A DNA stretch of 63,365 bases, counting the filler, from Licmophora abbreviata (Eukaryota), in assembly GCA_900291995.1 (NCBI GenBank). It is 7 parts of 7 records of this genome, joined end to end, with 100 filler letters (N's around TTAATTAATTAA, not from the genome) between each part and the next. Parts side by side here need not be neighbours in the genome. Positions count along the whole stretch, not along the records: positions 50,957 to 59,831 come from OLMU01000616.1; positions 59,932 to 63,365 come from OLMU01000618.1; 5 more parts are not named here. The stretch is one strand, 5' to 3'. The notes beneath the pieces were generated by a model. That model searched no databases. It saw nothing but the letters and a program-made list of their open reading frames with translations, and was not told the DNA's origin. This document shows, one piece after another, positions 56,181 through 63,365 of the stretch. The translations under genes and the position numbers were made by a program. Each line of letters opens with the position of its first letter. The stretch's first letter is position 1.

Positions 56181-56605
56181 CTATTTGTACTTGGCCACAA
56201 GTTCTGCCAATCCAGCCTGGTTCGCTCCCTTCATTTCTTCCACTTTGGCACCATCCTTGTAGAATTGAAAGGTGGGCATGGCCTGAATCCCACAGGATCC
56301 CGCGACCTCGTCAGCATCATCGACATCGACTTTGACGAACTCCAACTCTGGATTCTCCTCTGCCATCTTCTCAAAAATGGGACCAATGAATTTGCACGGA
56401 CCGCACCTATAAAGCAAGCAACGAAGCGTGAGAGAGTTGGAAACGGGACATCATCCGTCTCGAATCTGATGCGCAAGTTGTTTTCGAACGCTCTCGTTTC
56501 GTTTTGTACGTACCACGTTGCCGTAAAGTCAATAACGACTACCTTCGTCTTGGAGAGCTCCATGAGCTCCTGAAAATCTTGCATCGATTTGATGTAGCGG
56601 ACCAT
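56181..56605 (-). CDS. Cytosolic thioredoxin (h-type); exons 56605-56514, 56406-56181
   Basis: VVIDFTATW|CGPC formed by splicing; FVKVDVD, IQAMPTF. Confidence 0.95.
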
Positions 56606-57181
56606 TGTGTGGGGATGATATCTTGTGCTGTTGTTGTTGCTCGTCGCTTCTCCAGGCCTTTTTATGTGGGTTTGGAGATTCGGATCTTCTCGTCTGTGTA
56701 GATTGTGGTACCCATTCTACGACTGAAATAGGAATGGCACTCTCGTCGCCGTTCGCGTCGGATCTTTTCTGTTCTTGTTGCGCGTGCAGGAAAAGCTGAT
56801 TTTATATTTTATGACAGGACTCTTTTTGTAGATTAGATCCAGTCAGTGTGGAGGAACATGCTACTATCCTTACGGCAGAACGATACTTCTATTCCTCTCT
56901 TGTCCTTGTTGTTCCGTCATCGCCTTTACATCGAAACGCGTTCTGCTCTACTCGTAGCTAAGCCTGCCGCGTAGTCTAGGCTTATTGGCCACGGCTACGA
57001 CTTTAAGTGTCGTAACATTGATAGCTCGTCATGAGACCGCCGCAGCACGTAGGAAAGTTTAACGTCCATCATCTACCAAAGAGAAAACCTATAAACACTG
57101 ACATGCCATCAACGACGACAATGCTAACTTTACGCCTACTCCTTGTTACACCTGACACCATTATTTCTTCGTCTCCTTCAT

Positions 57182-57885
57182 CTACAAGTCTTCCACTCCC
57201 GGATAAAATTCCGTAATGTTTTCCGGATAGTCTGGTTCCAAGTCGTTCACATGCTGCGCCAACTTGAGCAGATGCCGCACTGCCGCTTCCACTTCGGCCG
57301 GTCCCGCACACCACAAATCCACTCGCTGCAACATGAGCATGGCATTTTCCGCACGCGTGTACTCATTATTGGGCCCACCCTGGAAGACCCGCACTTGCTC
57401 ATCCACTGCATCCTTGAGTTCCAAATATTCCTTAAGGTCCGCTGCCTTGTCTGGTTTATCCACACGCCACTCTGTCCCCAAAAAGGGCTGTTCCGGATCA
57501 AATCCAGGCGACGACCAACGCAAGTCTCGTAATTTCTTCCAATCCGTATTCAAATAGGCTTTCGCAGCTTCGATCCGATCTTCTGCGGGACTTCCGTTCT
57601 CATCGGAAAAGAGCTGTTTGCCCAACATGTACTTGAGCAAGTGGTCGGTGGTAAAATCGAGATCGGTCGCGACCGCCGGCATGGCATTGTAGGTCGTACG
57701 CATGAGCAGTGGAAAGGTGGGATTGAGCATTTTGAGCTCTTCATAGTTGGATTTGTAAAATTTACTAATGAGGTGAGTAAGGGGGAATCGAGTGTATTAT
57801 ACATGTGAGCAAGAAGAGGGTTCATGATGTCGACAACAAGCACACGGACACACAGAGCTCGTTGAAATTGTGAGCTTGGTTTCAT
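57182..57885 (-). CDS. Protein with L51/S25/CI-B8-like segment (likely mitochondrial); 5' exon structure uncertain
   Basis: A probable intron at about 57853-57765 gives SSQFQRALKFYKSNYEELKMLNPTFPLLMR, resembling CI-B8 FxxxxYxELKxxNPxxPILIR. Confidence 0.5.
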
Positions 57886-58247
57886 TCGATTGATTTTGTG
57901 GTCGACCGCCGCATTGCACTATAGAAACGTTTCTTGCAATACCAAAATAGGAGAAGATCCATACGCGATGCCAACAAAGTGATGCGTCCTGGATCGTTTC
58001 TCGATTTCACACTCACATGACTCCCCGTGACGATGGACTGTCGGGACATCCAAAGAATCGCAACACAGTGAGGTGTCGCGATAAGCTCTGCTTCCAGGAC
58101 ATTCTACAAAACAGACAGACAACAGATGCACTGCGGCGGTGCTGTTGACGCACGCCTACCAAAAAGTGCGCTGATGAGACGTTGAAACAGAGGGAGTAAA
58201 GTTCCATTTTGCAAGATTCCGTTGTGGACAGATTCCTATCCTCAAGC

Positions 58248-59173
58248 ATGACCGTCTGTACGGTCGCCGTCTCAGAATTTCGGCATGCTTCTGGCCGCTT
58301 CCACTTTTGGACTACGACGACCATGACGATGACGAGCGGCAGCACGATGTTGATGCACGATGGGAAAAGCGCCGAGACGCGTGGTTTGAAGGATGGCGAG
58401 GTGTCAACTGGAACGACCATTATGGCAGTGCCCTTCGACGGAGGCGTCGTTCTGGGAGCCGATTCGCGCGTCTCCACGGGAACGTACATTGCCAATCGCG
58501 TCTCGGACAAGATTGCCCAATTGAGCGATCACATCTTTTGCTGTCGCTCAGGAAGTGCGGCCGATACACAGGCTCTGACGGACTATGTCAAGCACTACTT
58601 GAATCAGATGTAGTAAGTGCAGAGTGCGAAAGAGAGAGAGAGTGAAAAATGAAGGAAATCGAAGAGGGACTCTGAGGCCAGTGTATCTTTGACACTTCCT
58701 TCGTATGTATGTTTCGTCACTGACTCATGAAATTTCCTCTTCTCCTCTTTTCATTCTCACTACAAAGTGTCGAAACCGGTCGTCCTCCGCTCGTCAAGAC
58801 GGCGGCACACTTGATGCGTCGCTTGTGTTACGAAAACAAGGACAAGCTCATGGCAGGCGTCATTGTTGGAGGCTGGGACCCGGTCGACGGTGGCAGCGTC
58901 TACAACATTCCTCTCGGTGGTAGCTGCTTGAAAATGCCCTTTGCCATAGGAGGCAGTGGTAGTACGTTTATTTACGGCTTGGTCGATAGTGACTTCCAGC
59001 CCAATATGACAGCAGAGCAGGCTCGGACGTTGGTGAAGAAGGCAGTGAGTCATGCCATGGCGCGGGATGGAAGTTCTGGAGGAATCATTCGAACTGTGCT
59101 TGTCACAGAACAAGGCAATGATCGGGATTATACTCCTGGAAATCAGCTTCCGTATGGACCGGCGGGATGGTAA
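58248..59173 (+). CDS. PSMB6: 20S proteasome beta1 subunit; intron about 58613-58767; start codon uncertain
   Basis: [11 protein letters not shown] (catalytic Thr1), [46 protein letters not shown]. Confidence 0.93.
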
Positions 59174-59302
59174 CGAATAGGGAGATAACATGATGAAAGT
59201 ACCTTTCACACCGGCATGAAGCAGCTCCACTACTCTAGAAACGACTTGACGAAGATATTCAAGTCATCGTCACTAGTAGAGGCAAACTGTTAAGGAAGAG
59301 TA

Positions 59303-59831
59303 TTACGTCTTTTCTTTGACGTGATCCCACAAGAACCGATACATAGCTCTCAATCCTTGTGCTCGCCCGATTCCACTCGTTCCCTCCAACGCGTACACGT
59401 CGCAATGTATCCATGGAATGTCGTCGTCAACAAATTCTTGCAAGTACAATGCAGCCGTAATGGCACCGCCCAAGCCATTGTCACTCGGTACGTTGCGCAA
59501 GTCAGCAATCTTGGAGGATGTGGTGATGCGTTTGCGGTACCCCGTGTACAACGGCAGCGGCCACATGGGATCTTGCTCTGTCCTCGCGCCTTCCATAAGC
59601 TCATCGGACAGTCCATCATGATTGCAAAAGAAGGGGACAATGTCCGTTCCCGTGGCTACTCGCGCCGCACCGGTTAACGTTGCAAAGTCCACAATCATGT
59701 CGGGGTTTTCGGCACTGGCCAATGCCAACGCGTCACCGAGAATCAACCTTCCTTCGGCATCGGTATTGCCAATCTCGGTCGTGGTGCCCAGAACGGAGGT
59801 GACGACGTCTCCAGGTCGATACGAATGAGCA
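59303..59831 (-). CDS. M17 leucyl aminopeptidase, C-terminal fragment (5' in gap)
   Basis: EIGNTDAEGRLILGDAL, DFATLTGA, ADLRN, GAITAALYLQEFV, WIHCD. Confidence 0.9.
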
Positions 59832-59990
59832 NNNNNNNNNNNNNNNNNNNNNNNNNNNNNNNNNNNNNNNNNNNNTTAATTAATTAANNNNNNNNNNNNN
59901 NNNNNNNNNNNNNNNNNNNNNNNNNNNNNNNCCTAAGTAAGTCTTGCATGAGGAACTATGATATAAATGGCTCTCACCTTTAGCACAACA

Positions 59991-61074
59991 TCATTCCTTG
60001 TCAGCACCTACAGCGGCAGCAGCGGCTTGCGTCATTTCTACAATGACTGTGCGAACATCCTTCCGATCTTCAGCTTTTCTAGGAAACGGCAATCGTAACT
60101 TGAACTGCTGAGGCTGATCACTCGCTCGCGGAGTCCGAGTCACCTTGACATACATGCCCAAGGAATCCACCGATGTGATGAGTGCCTCGCTTACATCTAA
60201 TCCTGGAATTTCGTTCGCAATCATTGCAATAGTTGAGTCCATGTGATCCTCGTTCATATGCTGCGCGATGGCACCACCGAACTCTGAGACGGCGTCAGGC
60301 TTGGCCTCTTTGTATTCTTTCGGTGTCACAGCACCTGCTCGCGCAAAGCCCCCGACGAATCGAATCTTTTGAACTTCCATTCGAAACCAATTGAAATCGC
60401 CAAAGTTGACCCAGAATGCTCCAGGATGCTTCTTCAAGTACGTCTCCTTTGCTGCCTCGATCTCTTCCTTTGGCAGCAACGCACACTGACCCATCAAGTT
60501 GACGCGTCCATCGGCAGCGCCCTTGAATTCTTTCGATGCAATGGTGACGGAACATTTTGGGTCGGCCAGTATATCTTGTGTGTGCGTGGACATACCCGAG
60601 AAGACGAACAACGGTCGGCCTTCGTCGTCGGGTGCAAAGCCAACCACGCTACCACCTGGAAAGCCGGGGTCGCTGTGACGAAGAAGAGCATGTAAGTTTT
60701 CTCAAAAACGACGATAGAAAACAAACACGAATCCGAATGATTCATCACACTCACGATTTGGAATTGGTGGACATGACGGCAAATCCGTGATTGTACTCCA
60801 CCAGGGTACGAATGTCGCTGGACCAGTCCATTTTGGGAGCCTTCGCTTGATGTTCCGCAAAGGCTTGTTGGATCTTCATTTCTTCGGGATCCATATCCAT
60901 ATCCCCCACATTGCTTCTCACATCATGCTTGGGAGCATTCATGAGCAAGCGAGTGTTTGAAAAAGCAAGACGAGCAGTGGGTGCAAAGGCGACGGCAACT
61001 CGAGGCGCAGTTTGGAAACCCAACAGACTCAGCATCAAACAGGATGAGAAGACCGCTGACTGTCGAAGGAACAT
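59991..61074 (-). CDS. Plastid-targeted HugZ/GluTR-binding-protein-like (PNPO split barrel + DUF2470); exons 61074-60755, 60672-59991
   Basis: Signal + VA|FAP presequence; GFPGGSVV, SGMSTHT, FGDFNWF, RFVGGFARA, HMNEDH, VDSLGM. Confidence 0.8.
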
Positions 61075-61466
61075 GGTATTGTCGATTCCTAAACAAAAGT
61101 ACAAGTGCAACAGGAGAAGAACAATGACGAGAGGACACTTCCTTCCTATGCAAACACTGGACAACCTCTCTCGCTGTGTCAGCACGGCCGAAAAGATCGC
61201 CATGTGTTTTTCTTTGCGCTTAGGGCGCGTTTCCAAATCAGGTACTGAGCCCCCATTCCCATCAAAGTGTGACTGGGAGTCCCGTTTGAGATGGGCGGTC
61301 ACAATCGTCCTTCCGAAAGGCGCGCGCCCGCAACGAGAGACACACGCACGGATGTGATGCCCCTGTTTTTGGCGTCATTCTTTCTGTCAAAGAAAGAGGT
61401 CTCATTCCCGTCCACACACACTGTCTCTACACTGTTGTTACTTCTGGGTTGCCACAGCGACACGCA

Positions 61467-63089
61467 ATGATTTCGACTCAAAAAGCAATTTGTAGCTCTG
61501 CAGCGGCTTTGCGTCGTCGTGCTGCGTTTGCGTCGCCGGCTGTACAGTTGTTGTCGACGAAGGCCACAGAGACGTCGGCAGGCCAGCGATGCATGGATCT
61601 AGAAACCAAGTATGGCGCTTTCAACTACCACCCTCTCCCCGTTGTTCTTCAAAAAGGAAAAGGTATGTGTCCTTTTTGGGACGGCTTTTTGTTTGTAAGG
61701 AGATGCAACAGAGCAACAAAGATGAGCGGCTCTCGAATGTTCCCAACTGAAGACGAGAAATTAAGACCTCACGAGGCCGACACGCGACACGAATCTTTGT
61801 CTGTGCCACTGCTTTCTCATCTCTATTCCACTTTTCTCCTCCCCTTAGGCACTCGCGTATACGACATGGACGGCACCGAGTACTTTGACTTTCTGTCGGC
61901 CTATTCTGCTGTCAATCAGGGTCATTGTCACCCCGAAATCATTGCTGCTCTGACCCAACAGTCCGAGACGCTCACTCTCACCTCTCGCGCCTTTTACAAC
62001 GACTGCCTCGGTGAATACAGTGAATTCATCACCAACTACTTTGGTTACGACCGTGTCTTGCCCATGAATACTGGAGTGGAAGGTGGAGAGACGGCAGTCA
62101 AACTCGCAAGGCGATGGGGGTATGCCGTCAAGGGTATTCCCGCCAACAAGGCGCGTGTGCTGTTTGCAAACAACAACTTTTGGGGGCGGACGCTGGCGGC
62201 CATTAGTAGCTCGAATGATCCAACAGCCTTTTCTGGATTCGGACCCTATATGCCCGGATTCTCCCAAGTGCCATTCAACGATTTGGGGAGTTTGCAAGCC
62301 GAGTTCGAAAAGGATGGGGAACACATTGCTGCGTTCATGGTGGAGCCGATTCAAGGAGAAGCTGGCGTCGTTGTGCCCGATGATGGTTACATGACACAAG
62401 TGAAGGCTCTGTGCAAGAAGCACAATGTCTTGCTGATTGCAGATGAGGTGCAGACGGGATTGGGTCGGACGGGATTTCGTTTGGCGGTCGATCATGACGA
62501 CTGCAAGCCAGACATGGTCGTTCTTGGCAAGGTGCGAGGAGTGCTTGCACCAGAATTACTTGATTGTCTCGATATACGCGCTTCAGTGTTTACTCATGTC
62601 ATCACCTTCTGTTGTAACGAAATATAGGCTCTCTCGGGAGGCGTCATTCCTGTGTCAGCCGTACTGGCTTCGGACGAAGTCATGCTGACGCTCAAGCCTG
62701 GCGAGCATGGATCTACTTACGGAGGCAACCCGCTTGCCTGCAAGGTTGCCACGGCAGCGCTGGAAGTCTTGCGAGACGAAAAACTTTCCGAGAATTCCAC
62801 GGCGCGTGGTGCACAGCTCCGCGAGGGTCTCATTTCCTTTGTTGGAAGCACGTGCATTGAGAGCGCACGTGGACGCGGTCTTCTCAATGCGATTGTCATT
62901 GATCAACCCAAGATGGGTTATGGAGACAATGGTCTCGCGTGGGACCTGTGCCTCAAGATGATGGGTAATGGACTGCTCGCCAAGCCGACGCATGGGAATA
63001 TTATCAGATTCGCTCCTCCCTTGACCATCACGGCCGAAGAAGTCGATCAATGTCTGGATATTATCGAAAAGAGCATGAAGGAGGTTTAG
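61467..63089 (+). CDS. OAT: Mitochondrial ornithine aminotransferase; exons 61467-61662, 61849-62531, 62628-63089
   Basis: [77 protein letters not shown]. Confidence 0.96.
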
Positions 63090-63161
63090 AGGGACACAAC
63101 AGTGAGTGGTACCAAGTCACAAAACTACTTGCTAGAAAGTTAAAAAAGAACTTTTAAACGA

Positions 63162-63365
63162 TCAAATTGCGTGGGCTTGAATCAATGTTTGCTTTGTTCT
63201 ATCGCTTGCGACGCTTGGACGAATTGTCCAGTTGACCATTGTCGTTGTCTTTTCTCGCGCACTCTGCCCACCTTTCAGAAGATACTGCCTGTGTTCCTCT
63301 TCCGCGTCAAAAAATTCTTGGCATGACAGCACCTCCACACGATATGGGTTGTGATGCTCCACAGC
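63162..63365 (-). CDS. Methionine sulfoxide reductase A-like C-terminal fragment (runs off window)
   Basis: EFFDAEEEHRQYLLKGGQSA matches MsrA FxxAExYHQQYLxKGGQSA. Confidence 0.65.
   Translation of the reverse strand, partial: AVEHHNPYRVEVLSCQEFFDAEEEHRQYLLKGGQSAREKTTTMVNWTIRPSVASDRTKQTLIQAHAI

Noticed and set aside
53555..59173. Apparent proteostasis cluster (TRIP4, beta3, thioredoxin, beta1; USP and MINDY elsewhere in the window)
   Set aside because: Common gene classes interspersed with unrelated genes; the two beta subunits probably act in different compartments, and nothing indicates co-regulation.

Overview
Gene-dense eukaryotic nuclear DNA, most consistent with a diatom. The evidence is short GT-AG introns, bipartite signal+'AF' plastid presequences and diatom-type NRT2 and LRR tails. 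I read about 36 protein-coding loci, mostly housekeeping: MMAA, a MINDY deubiquitinase, cyclin B, prohibitin, Prp18, SmG, XPB, DPH1, AC19, a giant USP, TRIP4, proteasome beta1 and beta3, thioredoxin, OAT and others. Six identical 100-nt N-TTAATTAATTAA-N blocks are assembly spacers that interrupt or truncate several genes. I could not support any rRNA, tRNA, CRISPR array or transposon. Most notable observations: (1) a proteasome beta3 with a signal peptide and almost no transit peptide; (2) three tandem PP2C paralogues with different targeting-like N-termini, one resembling a type II secretory-pathway anchor; (3) a tandem cyclin paralogue lacking the CDK-contact Lys and Glu; (4) a giant USP with an unnamed domain at both ends and a Tudor-like insert in its catalytic core; (5) a GPI-type copper radical oxidase with an in-frame second hydrophobic tail behind its stop codon; (6) a COX5B-like protein without zinc cysteines; (7) an ankyrin/3'-5' exonuclease fusion. 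All assignments come from motif recognition by eye; no database searches were run.
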